DNA from: a virus
Lineage: Duplodnaviria > Caudoviricetes
DNA: 44,192 bases
Virus record (IMG/VR): IMGVR_UViG_3300048074_000029
Coordinates: 1-44,192 of that record
Strand: one strand, 5' to 3'
Each line of letters opens with the position of its first letter. Positions within the stretch are counted from its first letter, which is position 1. Positions 16,256 through 26,300 of the stretch are shown piece after piece. Made by a program: the position numbers and the translations under genes. The notes below the pieces were generated by a model. It saw nothing but the letters and a program-made list of their open reading frames with translations, ran no database searches and was not told the DNA's origin.

Positions 16256-16267
16256 ACTTTCTAAGGG

Positions 16268-17965
16268 ATGCGGATGGAAAGATTCGACGAGAACGTCCGC
16301 GAGCTCATATCCCAGGACTCCGCGCTCACCCAGCGCCGCGAGTCCTGGATCGCCTTGTGGAAGACCATCGCCGATTTCGTCCAGCCATACCGCCAGTTCT
16401 ACGCCCCCGACGACTCCACCCGAGCCAAGGACCTGAAGACCCTGTACAACAGCCGAGGCGTCCTAGCCCACGGGACGGCCTTCGCGATGTTCCAGGCGTA
16501 CACGGCCAACGAATACTCGCAGTGGTTCAAGCTCATGTTTACCGACGCGAGCCTGATCCGGTACCCGGGCGTCGCGGACTGGCTCGAGGAAGTCGAGAAG
16601 ATCCTCTACCAGGTCTTCATGCGCTGCGGGCTATACCAGGCCCTCGCCGAGTACTCGGCCGACCTCCACGGCGTCGGGACCGCGACGCTCTACATGGAGC
16701 GCGGGAAGAAGCCGGGCGAGATGATCTACCAGACCCGCCACCCGCGCGCGCTCACCCTCGCCGAGGGCCCGGACGGCAAGGTGAACACCGTGTTCGAGGA
16801 CGCCTTCATGACGGCCCGGAACGCGGTCGAGCGGTTCGGCGAGGACAGGGTCCCGGAGCGGGTCAAGACCGCCAACGAGAAGACCCCCTACCTGGATGTC
16901 ATCCTAAAGCACTCCGTCATGCCGATGGACAAGAAGTTCCGCTCGTACGCGAAGCGGGACTTCGATCCGCGCATGCCCTACGTCTCGATATGGTGGGACA
17001 AGGCATCCTCGAGCATTCTGGACGTCGCCGGCTACTGGAACTTCCCCTACGCGGTCGGCCGCCGCTCGAAGAACTCCGGGGAAGACTACGGCCGCTCGGA
17101 GGCTATGAACGCGCTCGGCGACATCAAGGGCGCGAACCAGATCACCAAATCCACGATCATGCTCGCCCAGCTCATCGCCGACCCGACCTTCTTGGCGAAC
17201 GAGGAGCTCGAGGGCCGCGACGAGGTTATCCCCCACGGGCGGGTATACACATCGGCGAACGACACCCGCTTCGAGCCCGTCGAGCTCGGGGCGCATTACC
17301 CGATCACCACCGACCGCGAAGAGCGAGTCGACGCCATCATTAACGAGCACTTTTTCATCCCGTTCTATGCCGCGATGGCCTCGATCGAGGGCGGGCCCGT
17401 CCGGTCAGCGACGGAGATCGTCGAGAAGATCGGCGAGAAAGCCGCCGTGCTCGGGTACCTCACGGGTCGGCATCACACCGAATGCCTCCAGCCGGTAATC
17501 CGAAACACCGTCAATGCCCTCATGCGGGACGGGCTCCTGCCCTCGCCCCCGCGGATCGTCCTGGACGCCTACCAGGCGAACGTCGGGCTCGACATTTCCT
17601 TCCGCGGGCGCCTGTCGCAGATGCAGGCGCGGTACTTCCAGTCCGACGCGATCACCGCGACCGCCGCGCTCATGGCCGGCGCCGCCCAGCTCTTCGGCCC
17701 CGAGGCCCTGGATAACGTGGACTCGGACGAGTACGTCCGCGAGGGCCTCGAGTCCGTCGGCGCGCCGCAGAAGGTCATCCGCGAGATGCCCGACGTGGAG
17801 GAGCGGCGCCGCCAGCGCGCCGAGGCCATGGCCGCCCAGCAGCAGCAGGCCATGCAGTTCCAGAACCAGCAGGCAATCCTCCAGAACGCCCAGGGCCTCG
17901 GCCAGAAGCCGCAGCCGGGGAGCCCCCTCGAGGAGATGGCGGCCGCGGCGGGAGGCGCTCGATGA
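16268..17965 (+). CDS. Portal (head-tail connector), podovirus type
   Basis: Follows TerL; WFKL, GTATLY, FPYAVGR...GEDYGRS..MNALGD, RSATEI motifs of T7/BPP-1-type connectors. Confidence 0.93.
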   Translation: MRMERFDENVRELISQDSALTQRRESWIALWKTIADFVQPYRQFYAPDDSTRAKDLKTLYNSRGVLAHGTAFAMFQAYTANEYSQWFKLMFTDASLIRYPGVADWLEEVEKILYQVFMRCGLYQALAEYSADLHGVGTATLYMERGKKPGEMIYQTRHPRALTLAEGPDGKVNTVFEDAFMTARNAVERFGEDRVPERVKTANEKTPYLDVILKHSVMPMDKKFRSYAKRDFDPRMPYVSIWWDKASSSILDVAGYWNFPYAVGRRSKNSGEDYGRSEAMNALGDIKGANQITKSTIMLAQLIADPTFLANEELEGRDEVIPHGRVYTSANDTRFEPVELGAHYPITTDREERVDAIINEHFFIPFYAAMASIEGGPVRSATEIVEKIGEKAAVLGYLTGRHHTECLQPVIRNTVNALMRDGLLPSPPRIVLDAYQANVGLDISFRGRLSQMQARYFQSDAITATAALMAGAAQLFGPEALDNVDSDEYVREGLESVGAPQKVIREMPDVEERRRQRAEAMAAQQQQAMQFQNQQAILQNAQGLGQKPQPGSPLEEMAAAAGGAR

Positions 17966-18255
17966 GCATCCCCAAGCTCGCCGCGCGGCTTCTGCCCTGG
18001 AAGCACCAGACAGAGAAAGAGCAGATGGCCGAGATCCAGGCCATGTTCCGCCGCGTCTTCTACACGAAGGAAGGCGCGATCGTGCTCTCCGCCATCCTCC
18101 AGGACCTCGGTTGGAATACGAAGACCACGAGCCCGGAGGCCGGAGCGCTGAAGAACTTCGCGACCCACCTCTTGCAGTCCCGGCTCGGAGTCACGAACGA
18201 CACGCTCGCCACGATAACGGCGATCCTGAATAGCGAAATCAAGGAGACACCATGA
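17962..18255 (+). CDS. Small head-module protein (Bbp19-like)
   Basis: FRRVFYTKEGAIVLSAIL.DLG pattern; between portal and scaffold. Confidence 0.7.
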   Translation: MSIPKLAARLLPWKHQTEKEQMAEIQAMFRRVFYTKEGAIVLSAILQDLGWNTKTTSPEAGALKNFATHLLQSRLGVTNDTLATITAILNSEIKETP

Positions 18256-19130
18256 ACACGGACGGACAGGCTGCCGATCCGGGCGCGAGCTCGGGCAATC
18301 ACAGCCAGGCCAGCGGTGAGGGAGCAGGGGACGCCGGAAAGACCCTTGTGACCGAACTCGCCCAAGCGCAACCCGGAAGCGGTGCCCTCGCGTCGTCGAC
18401 GCAGGGCGCCCAGGATGGACAAGCAGGGAGCGGCGAGGGAGCGGCGCAGGCCGTTACCGAGCCCAAGCTCCCCGGCTATGCGGCTGGCCTTACCGGATCC
18501 TTCAAGAGCAAGCCCGAGGTCGTGGCATACGTCTCCAAGTTCAAAAGCTTGGATGACCAAACCACGGCCGCGATGGAGCTCGAGAAGAAGATGGGAGGGA
18601 TGGTCGCCTACCCGAACGAAAAGTCCACCCCCGAGGAGATCGCGGCCTTCTGGTCGAAGGCAGGCGTTCCCTCAAAGCCGGACGAGTACAAGCTCGACCG
18701 GATCCAAGGACTACCTTACGACGACACCCAGGAGAACGAACTCCGGAAATTCTTCCACGAGAACCACGTCCCGCAGGCCGCCGCGTCCGCCCTCTACAAG
18801 ATGATGGGCGAGCGCATGGCCCAGGAGATCGCGGCGTTTACCGCCAAAAAGGACGAGATCAAGGCGGCCACCATGGCCCAGCTCCAGAAAGAGCAGGGCC
18901 AGAACTACGATGGCTTCCTGACCGCCTTCAGGCAGGGACTCGCCATGTACGCGACCCCCGCGCTCATGGAGAAGCTGGAGAAGTCGGGCTTCGGTAACGA
19001 CTACGACGTGATCCAGCTATTCGCCAATATCGGTTCCCTCGTGAAGGAAGACACGGCCGCGCAGCGCGGAGGCGCCCCGGCAGGGCACATCTCCGACGCG
19101 AAGGTCCTTTTCGGAGAATCCTCGAAGTAG
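18252..19130 (+). CDS. Capsid scaffolding protein
   Basis: Disordered N-terminus, KFKSLDD, FWSKAGVPSKPDEY, IGSLVKED; precedes the major capsid gene. Confidence 0.85.
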   Translation: MNTDGQAADPGASSGNHSQASGEGAGDAGKTLVTELAQAQPGSGALASSTQGAQDGQAGSGEGAAQAVTEPKLPGYAAGLTGSFKSKPEVVAYVSKFKSLDDQTTAAMELEKKMGGMVAYPNEKSTPEEIAAFWSKAGVPSKPDEYKLDRIQGLPYDDTQENELRKFFHENHVPQAAASALYKMMGERMAQEIAAFTAKKDEIKAATMAQLQKEQGQNYDGFLTAFRQGLAMYATPALMEKLEKSGFGNDYDVIQLFANIGSLVKEDTAAQRGGAPAGHISDAKVLFGESSK

Positions 19131-19151
19131 TCGTCGCGACAGGAGCCTTTT

Positions 19152-20177
19152 ATGGCTCAGGAAACGACTGGCCTCGCGGTAACCCTGGCGGACTTTAAGG
19201 CCCGCCTCGACCCGAACGACAAGATCGCCCGCATCATCGAGGTGCAGACGAAGTCCAATCCCATCCTCGAGGACATGATGTTCGTCGAGGCGAACGAGCT
19301 GCTCGGGCACGTCTCGACCGTCAGGACGAGTCTGCCCTCCGTCTCGTGGCGCCGATACAACAAGGGCGTCGCGGCCTCGAAGTCCAAGACCGCGCAGGTC
19401 CGCGACAAGATCGGCGAGGTCGCCGCGTGGGCCGTGGTCGACGAGGAGATGGCTAAGCTCAACGGTAACGTGGAGGAGTACCGGCTCTCGGAGTCGGTGT
19501 CCTTCCTCGAGTCCATGAACCAGGAGATGGCGACGGCTCTGTTCTACGCGAACGAGAACGTCTCCATCGACAAGTTCACCGGATTCGCGCCGCGGTACGC
19601 CACGTACTCGACGACCGACGGCAACATCGGCACCAACGTCATCCCGTACCACGACGAGAGCGCGGGCTCGGGCTCCGACATCTACGACATTTTCCTTGTT
19701 GTATGGGGGAAGAACACGGTCCACGGGATCTACCCGAAGGGGTCGCAGGCCGGTTTCTCGATGAGGGACTACGGCCTGACGACCGCCCTCGACGACGACG
19801 GCAACGAGTACCCGGCGTACAAGGCGTACTTCAAGTGGGAGATGGGGCTCTGCGTCCCGGACTGGCGCTACGCGGTCCGCGGCTGCAACGTCGACCTCTC
19901 CGACATCGCCGCCGAGACCACAACCGTCGCCCTCCTGGACCTCATGGACAAAATGTACTGGCGCCTGCCGCAGGACTTCAGGTCTAAGGGCCGGGCCGCC
20001 TGGTACGTCCCGCCCGCTCTCGGACCCTACCTCCAGAAGCAGGCGGCCCGCGGCGGCGCGAACGCCCTCACGTTTCAGAACCCCACCGGCGGCGGGGCCT
20101 ACGTCGCCCACAACATGATACCCATCCGCGCGTGCGACGCGCTCGTCGCCTCCTCGGACGAGATCACCATCAGCTAG
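19152..20177 (+). CDS. Major capsid protein (BPP-1 Bbp17-like)
   Basis: NPILEDM.F.EAN...RTSLP..SWR.YN.GV, F.G.APRY, HGIYPKGS.AG, DWRY..R..N motifs. Confidence 0.93.
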   Translation: MAQETTGLAVTLADFKARLDPNDKIARIIEVQTKSNPILEDMMFVEANELLGHVSTVRTSLPSVSWRRYNKGVAASKSKTAQVRDKIGEVAAWAVVDEEMAKLNGNVEEYRLSESVSFLESMNQEMATALFYANENVSIDKFTGFAPRYATYSTTDGNIGTNVIPYHDESAGSGSDIYDIFLVVWGKNTVHGIYPKGSQAGFSMRDYGLTTALDDDGNEYPAYKAYFKWEMGLCVPDWRYAVRGCNVDLSDIAAETTTVALLDLMDKMYWRLPQDFRSKGRAAWYVPPALGPYLQKQAARGGANALTFQNPTGGGAYVAHNMIPIRACDALVASSDEITIS

Positions 20178-20193
20178 GCGAAAGGAGCAGGAC

Positions 20194-20628
20194 ATGAGAA
20201 TCGATAACGAGCTGGTCCTCGCCGAAGGCTGGGCCTCCAGCGTATGGGGCAACGCCGGCACCTACTACGGCGAGAAGATCATCGACCAGACGAAGACCAA
20301 GACTCAGACTGGGAAGCCGATGTTCCTCGTCGTGAAGATGTCCGAGGCCGCAGCCACGGGCACGAGCCTGAACTTCGAGCTCGTCGGGTCCACCGCACCG
20401 TGGACGGCGGCGGCTGGCACGGGCGGAACCTTCACGGTCATCGGGCAGTCGGGCGCCATCCTCACGGCGGCCCTCCTGAACAACACGAGGGTCTGGGTTT
20501 TCAGGCTCCCGGAGACCATCAGCCAGCGGTACCTCGGCCTCGCCGTCGTGTCGGTGGAGTCCTCGGACTTCACGACCGGCAAGATCGACGCGTACCTCAC
20601 CGACGAGCCCCCGCTCGCGGCGTATTAG
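20194..20628 (+). CDS. Capsid cement protein (Bbp16-like)
   Basis: Beta-rich 144 aa after the MCP; RYLGL...TTGKIDAYL. Confidence 0.8.
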   Translation: MRIDNELVLAEGWASSVWGNAGTYYGEKIIDQTKTKTQTGKPMFLVVKMSEAAATGTSLNFELVGSTAPWTAAAGTGGTFTVIGQSGAILTAALLNNTRVWVFRLPETISQRYLGLAVVSVESSDFTTGKIDAYLTDEPPLAAY

Positions 20629-20641
20629 GAAGGAGGAAGTC

Positions 20642-20911
20642 GTGGCGACCATGAAGGAAGTGGTCTGCATCAGGGCAGGCCACTCAAACAAGACCGACGA
20701 AACCTACAAGCCCGGCGAGGTCTACGTCGTCGACCTCGAGAACCCGCGCACCGTGAAGTTCTTCGCCTACCCGGAGGACGACAAGGAGGCGCAGGCTCTC
20801 AAGAAGCAGCACCTCGCGCTGTTCGCCGCGGAGAAGGCCGGGAAGGGCAAGGCTAAGAAGGCCGAGCCCGAGGGCGACCCCGCCGCGGAGAAGGCCGGGA
20901 AGGGCAAGTAG
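20642..20911 (+). CDS. Small virion-module protein
   Basis: AAGGAGG RBS; internal 28-bp duplication 20824-51/20881-908. Confidence 0.75.
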   Translation: MATMKEVVCIRAGHSNKTDETYKPGEVYVVDLENPRTVKFFAYPEDDKEAQALKKQHLALFAAEKAGKGKAKKAEPEGDPAAEKAGKGK

Positions 20912-20952
20912 GAGAAAGGCCCCGGAGCTTGCGCCCCGGGGCCGATCTCCTA
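20909..20952 (+). terminator. Strong hairpin after the capsid genes (terminator or processing site)
   Basis: GGCCCCGG/CCGGGGCC extended by TAGGAGA/TCTCCTA; no U-tract. Confidence 0.5.
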
Positions 20953-21010
20953 TCACCATGACGATCACGAACGTCAACGCGCAGCTCGATAAAGCTCCGG
21001 TACTACTTCG

Positions 21011-21721
21011 ATGAGCAGTCTGATCGCCGTCGCTCATGGCTATAGCGCATCCGACGCGATCAGCGTCGACGCTTCATCCCTCAATGTCCAGGCCGGCGAT
21101 CTTCTCGTCGCGATCGCAAATTGGCAAGAAGCCTCGACGGTTACTTTCGGCGTCGTTGACTCGGACGGAACGACTAACGCCATGACGGCTCTTGCGGTCG
21201 TCAGAAACGACGGAGGCGGAATTTGTGTTGCCTTCGCCTATCGTATCGCGGCAAGCGCCGACACCACGGCTGTCATGCGGCTCACGATGAGCGCCGCCGT
21301 CTTAGACCTTACTCTCGACGTTTATCAATTCCGCCCCGACGCGGGGGAAACCTTTGCCTTTGACGGCGGTCCGGCTGACGCAGACAACGACTGGGGTAGC
21401 GCTCCGCAGTCCGCCGCCCTCGCGCTTTCTGCCGGAGGTGTCGCCGTCGCGGGAATCCGTGCTGGCTACCCTGTCGACCCGAGCCTATTATCCTCGTTGA
21501 CCATCGGAGGTGCGGCGGCACAGGGCTCTTATACGAGCGCCCACGGGATCGTCGGGTATTCGATCTACGCATCTGCACAGGGAAGTGTTCGCGCCGCAGC
21601 AACTCAGTCGTCAGATAACACCTGGGTCGCCGGAGCCGTGGCCTTCCGGATCGCAGGCGGCGGCGGATCGCTCAGTATTCCTGTCGCGATGCACCACCGC
21701 CGAATGCAGGGGGTCAGCTAA
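21011..21721 (+). CDS. Beta-rich virion accessory protein with C-terminal peptide tail
   Basis: GDLLVAIA beta-sandwich-like body, GGGGS linker, IPVAMHHRRMQGVS tail. Confidence 0.7.
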   Translation: MSSLIAVAHGYSASDAISVDASSLNVQAGDLLVAIANWQEASTVTFGVVDSDGTTNAMTALAVVRNDGGGICVAFAYRIAASADTTAVMRLTMSAAVLDLTLDVYQFRPDAGETFAFDGGPADADNDWGSAPQSAALALSAGGVAVAGIRAGYPVDPSLLSSLTIGGAAAQGSYTSAHGIVGYSIYASAQGSVRAAATQSSDNTWVAGAVAFRIAGGGGSLSIPVAMHHRRMQGVS

Positions 21722-23790
21722 TGGTCTATCTTCGTCAATCAACCGCGAGCCAGGAAGTCGAGATCGGCCCGTTCGTCGACTCTTCGGACGGCAACACCGA
21801 GGAGACCGGGCTCACGATCGCGAACACCGACATAAAGCTCTGGAAGTCCGGCGCAACGACGCAGGCCAATAAGAACTCAGGCGGCGCGACGCACATCGCC
21901 GCGGGCATGTACTACATCGTCCTCGACGCGACCGACACCAATACCATCGGACCTATGAAGATTTCCGTTCACGTCTCGGGCGCGCTCTACGTCGTCGAGT
22001 CATGCGTCGTTCTCGCTGGGGCCGTGTACGACGTGCTGTTCGGAACGACCGCTCCGTCGACGCTCGCGGCCGGGGCCCTCATGGGCCTGGCCGACAGCGC
22101 CATAACTACCGCCAAGTTCGCCGCGAACGCGATCAACGCGGCCGCTATCGCAGACGGAGCGATCGACGCCGCCACCTTCGCGGCCGGGGCCATTAACGCC
22201 GCAGCCATCGCCGCCGACGCGATTGGCGCTTCTGAACTCGCTGCAGATGCCGCGTCCGAGATCGCCACGGCCGTTGCGACTGCGCTCGGAACCGGGAGCG
22301 GCCTCTCGGCGCTCGCTACGGCGGCCGAGCTCGCCAAGGTCCCGAAGTCGGACGGATCGGCTTCCTGGAATGCGACGGCGCTCGCGGCGATTAACGCCGA
22401 GGTCGACGGCGCGCTCAATACGGCAATCCCCGGATCACCGACCGCCAACTCGATAAACGAGCGCATCGCGACGATGGACGACGGCCTGACTGCTGCTCGC
22501 CTGGGCACCTTAACTGACTGGATCGACGGAGGGCGCCTCGACCTCTTGCTCGACACGCTCCTAACACGACTTTCGTCCGCGCGTGCTGGTTATCTGGACC
22601 TCCTGAACACCTACCTCGACGCGACGATCAGCTCGCGCCTAGCGACCTCTGGTTATACGGCGCCGCCTGACGCCGCCGCCATCCGCGCCGCCGCGGGCCT
22701 CGCCGCCGCGAACCTAGATGCCCAGCTCGCGGCCCTGGCCGCCTATATCGATACCGAAGTAGCGGCCATCCTTGAGGACACAGGAACGACCCTGCCGGCC
22801 GCCATCGCGGCTGTCTCCGCCCCGAGCGCTGCAGCTGTCGCCGCTGCGGTCCTGGATGAAACTCTCGCGGGGCACGCCGGGGCCGGATCGGTCGGCGCGG
22901 CCATCGCGGCAGCAGGAGCCGCAGGCGACCCGTGGATTGCCAACCTTCCTGGCTCCTACGGCGCTGGCACCGCGGGCGCGATCATCGGGTCATTCCTTTC
23001 TATTCCGCGGACGCCGTTCACACCTGGCGCACCGCCTGTCTCCGCTTTCGAGATCGCCGAGCTTGCCCTTCGCGAGTGCGACGACTTCACTATCCTGTCG
23101 GCCACGACCTTCTCCGCCCCCGCCCCGGACGTTAAGCAAGAGATCCTCGTTGCAAAGTTCTACGACCTCGTACGCCGGGACGTGCTTCGCGCCGCGCCAT
23201 GGACGTGCATCGCCAAACGCGCACCCCTCGCGGCGAACGCCTGGGCGGCCTCGACCGCCTTCTCCTTAGGCGCGCGGATGTACGCCGGCGGGTACGTCTA
23301 CGAGGCCACTACGGGCGGGACCTCCGGCGCCACCGCTCCGACGTGGGTAGGCTCGGGCACCGTGGCCGACGGATCGGTGGTCTGGACCTACCTGTACGCG
23401 TACAAGCGCCTGCCGGGCGAGAACTACAGCGAGTTCGAGTACGCTATCCCCGTTCCCTCGGACTATATCAACCAGATCGAGGTCTACGACCAGATCACCG
23501 GCAAGGCCGCCGCCGACTTCCGCCTCGAGGCCGATATTCTCTACACGGACGTGGAGTTCCCGATACTCCTGTACGTTCCCGACTCCGGCGACGTGCAGCA
23601 CTGGGACGCGCACCTGACAAGCGCCATGGTCTACGCCCTCGCCGGGCGGCTCATGACCCCGCTCTCCGGGGATGAAAAGAAGGCCCTGACCCTCCTCAAC
23701 CTCGCCGCGGGCGCGGCCGCCCAGGCAACCGGAGCCACGCGGCGCGAGCGGAAGCAGGGTCCGCAGCCGGCCGAGGGCTGGTACAAGTAA
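21721..23790 (+). CDS. Head-tail adaptor (tail tubular A-like) fused to a long N-terminal fibre-like extension
   Basis: C-terminal EIAELAL...FYDLVRRDVLRAAPW...EFEYAIPVPSDY...WD...LA.RL..PLSG; Ala-rich N-terminal ~430 aa; immediately precedes the nozzle gene. Confidence 0.75.
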   Translation: MVYLRQSTASQEVEIGPFVDSSDGNTEETGLTIANTDIKLWKSGATTQANKNSGGATHIAAGMYYIVLDATDTNTIGPMKISVHVSGALYVVESCVVLAGAVYDVLFGTTAPSTLAAGALMGLADSAITTAKFAANAINAAAIADGAIDAATFAAGAINAAAIAADAIGASELAADAASEIATAVATALGTGSGLSALATAAELAKVPKSDGSASWNATALAAINAEVDGALNTAIPGSPTANSINERIATMDDGLTAARLGTLTDWIDGGRLDLLLDTLLTRLSSARAGYLDLLNTYLDATISSRLATSGYTAPPDAAAIRAAAGLAAANLDAQLAALAAYIDTEVAAILEDTGTTLPAAIAAVSAPSAAAVAAAVLDETLAGHAGAGSVGAAIAAAGAAGDPWIANLPGSYGAGTAGAIIGSFLSIPRTPFTPGAPPVSAFEIAELALRECDDFTILSATTFSAPAPDVKQEILVAKFYDLVRRDVLRAAPWTCIAKRAPLAANAWAASTAFSLGARMYAGGYVYEATTGGTSGATAPTWVGSGTVADGSVVWTYLYAYKRLPGENYSEFEYAIPVPSDYINQIEVYDQITGKAAADFRLEADILYTDVEFPILLYVPDSGDVQHWDAHLTSAMVYALAGRLMTPLSGDEKKALTLLNLAAGAAAQATGATRRERKQGPQPAEGWYK

Positions 23791-26300
23791 TGCAGGACGC
23801 CTTCTTCACGGACTTCTCGGCCGGGCAACTCTCCCGGAAGTTCCAGGGCCGCTTCGACTCCGAGATCTATTCCAAGGGCGTGCAGAAGATAAAAAACCTA
23901 GTACCGCTGATCCCGGCCGGCGCCACCCTCCGGCCCGGGACGCGGTACGTCGGCGCGCCCGTTGCGGCGCCGAACCTCTTCACCTGGATCATCTCCCCGA
24001 CGATTGTCTATCTCCTCGAGTTCACGACCTCCGCCATACGCTTCTGGCGGGACAACGTCTACCGCGGCGCGATCATCCTTTCACCGGCCATTTCAGATGC
24101 TGACCTCGCCTCTATCCACCTCGTGCCGTACCAGACCTTCCTCTTCCTGACGACCGGCACGAGGACGTGGGCGCCGAAGGTCATCCGGTATACGGCCGCC
24201 GACACCTGGAGCTTCGGGGACGTGGCCTTTATCGGGAATACTGGCGCAGTGCCATTCGGGTCGGCCGGGAACTACCCTGCACGCATCGGAATGCACGAGG
24301 GACGCATTCACTATGGCAACACCGCAAACGAGCCGAACAGGGGATGGGCCTCGCGGCCGGGCATCTTTTACTACGATCCCTGGAAGGGCACCACCTCCGA
24401 CGAGGACGTAGAGTACGCGGTCGGCGACTACATTACCGCCGTGGACAGAACGAAGCGCGTCGTCTTTAGATGCACCACCGCAGGGATAGCAGGATCCACC
24501 GAGCCGACATGGCCGGGCTCCGGGACCGTCGCGGACGGTACCGTCGTGTGGACCTACTACGCGGCGTACCTCGTCGACCTCACCGAGTACGACGAGATCA
24601 CCGAGACCCAAGACCTCGAGCGTGTGGCGGCTTTAGCGTTCTCTGGGGATACGACATCCGGGGCGCAAACCATCTCGAATATCAGCGCGAAGCTGGTTAA
24701 GAAAATGAAAGTCGGCGACCGTGTTATCGGATCGGAGCTTGTGCCGATTCGCGCTGCGCTCGCTTCGTCAAGTTCCTATTCCTACGACGAGAAGTATTCG
24801 ACTGGGGGCTGGTGGATATTCCAAAACTATGCGTACAAGCACCTTGGCGCAACTACCGCCGGATCAAACGTTATACAGGGCCTATCCAGCGATATAACGA
24901 GCCAGCTTTATGTAGGCGAGCGCGTTTCTGGGGACAATATTCCCGTGTCCATTATAACGGCGATAGGGACCAACTCGATCACGATCAACCATAACGCGAC
25001 GACAACGGACGACGCTATTTCAATCAATTTCGGCGCGATCGTGTCGTACATACACTCGATCCCTTCTGCAACCTCGATCACCTTCCGATCGTACAGCGTG
25101 CTTGGCGACGAGGACGCCCTCTACCTCCCCGCGCTCGGGGCCAAGGCTACCAAATCAGCCGGGTCTTTTTATTCGGGCTGGCATGATCCCTTGATCCCCG
25201 AGACGGAACCCGACACCGAAACACGCAAGCAGGTCTCCGCGGACAACGCCTACAGCTACGCCCTCGCCTCGGACCAGAACGACGAGATCCAATGGTTCGC
25301 GTCGACGCGGGTCCAGATCGTCGGCACCATGACCGGCGAGCGCATCGTACCGCCCGGGACCACGGCGCTGAACCCCTCCTGCCCGCGGCACACCGGCTAC
25401 GGCTCGGCGGACCTCGACCCCATCGTCATCGGGGAATCCGTGCTCTTCATCGACGCGGCCCGGACGGCCGTCCGCGAGTACGTCTACACCGAGGAGACGG
25501 GCGGCTTCTCTCCCCCGCTGTCCTGGACGACGGACATCTTCACCGCGCAGATCGTCAAGATGGACTACCAGACCAGTCCCGTCCCGATCGCGTGGTTTCT
25601 TCTGTCGACCGGCGTACTCGTCGGATGCGTCCTCGCCAAGTCCATCGGCATCACGGCATGGTTCACCGTCGAGACGACCGGGACCATCGAGTCGATCGCC
25701 GTGCTTCCCGTGGCGGGCGTGGATACCCTCTACCTCGCGACGCTGCGCAACGGCGTCCGCTGTATCGAGCGCATGCTTCCACTGGAGACCGCCGGCGAGC
25801 ACCTGGACGCCTCCGTCGTCGGGACCGTCGCCGCGGGAGCGGTCTCGGGCTTGACCCACCTCGCAGGCCAGGCGGTTCGGGTCTACTACTCCGGCGCCGT
25901 CTACGACCTCACGGTTTCAGGGGCCGGCGTCGCGACGATCCCGGCCGCAATTCCGAACGGCTCGAGCGTGCTCATCGGCTACGGCTTCACCGGGGTGATC
26001 GGGACCATGGCGCCGAACCCGTACGGCGACGGGCAGATCCAGGCCCAGAAGCAGAAGATCGCGTACTCGTTCTATACCCGCGTCCTCGACTCGTACGCCT
26101 TCGACGCTGCGCCATCGGAGACCGGAGCGCACAACCGCGCCCAGCTCCCGCCCGGCGAGACAGCCCCCTACTCCGGGGACATCAAGGTCCCGCTTCTATC
26201 CAATCACAACTCGGACGGCTCCGTATGGATCCTCCAGCCTGACCCCTTCGATACGACCATCCTCGCCATCACGGCGCAGGTCGACACAGGAGGCCGCTGA
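23790..26300 (+). CDS. Tail nozzle (tail tubular B-like) with inserted domains
   Basis: TDFSAGQLS...GR.D...Y, G.ATLRPGT.YV, YLLEF, YP....HEGR..Y, YGS, AW, IERM motifs. Confidence 0.88.
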   Translation: MQDAFFTDFSAGQLSRKFQGRFDSEIYSKGVQKIKNLVPLIPAGATLRPGTRYVGAPVAAPNLFTWIISPTIVYLLEFTTSAIRFWRDNVYRGAIILSPAISDADLASIHLVPYQTFLFLTTGTRTWAPKVIRYTAADTWSFGDVAFIGNTGAVPFGSAGNYPARIGMHEGRIHYGNTANEPNRGWASRPGIFYYDPWKGTTSDEDVEYAVGDYITAVDRTKRVVFRCTTAGIAGSTEPTWPGSGTVADGTVVWTYYAAYLVDLTEYDEITETQDLERVAALAFSGDTTSGAQTISNISAKLVKKMKVGDRVIGSELVPIRAALASSSSYSYDEKYSTGGWWIFQNYAYKHLGATTAGSNVIQGLSSDITSQLYVGERVSGDNIPVSIITAIGTNSITINHNATTTDDAISINFGAIVSYIHSIPSATSITFRSYSVLGDEDALYLPALGAKATKSAGSFYSGWHDPLIPETEPDTETRKQVSADNAYSYALASDQNDEIQWFASTRVQIVGTMTGERIVPPGTTALNPSCPRHTGYGSADLDPIVIGESVLFIDAARTAVREYVYTEETGGFSPPLSWTTDIFTAQIVKMDYQTSPVPIAWFLLSTGVLVGCVLAKSIGITAWFTVETTGTIESIAVLPVAGVDTLYLATLRNGVRCIERMLPLETAGEHLDASVVGTVAAGAVSGLTHLAGQAVRVYYSGAVYDLTVSGAGVATIPAAIPNGSSVLIGYGFTGVIGTMAPNPYGDGQIQAQKQKIAYSFYTRVLDSYAFDAAPSETGAHNRAQLPPGETAPYSGDIKVPLLSNHNSDGSVWILQPDPFDTTILAITAQVDTGGR

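Noticed and set aside
16168-17343. 391-aa alternative-frame ORF overlapping the portal
   Set aside because: Arg/Pro-rich off-frame composition; its SD is poorly spaced or hairpin-sequestered
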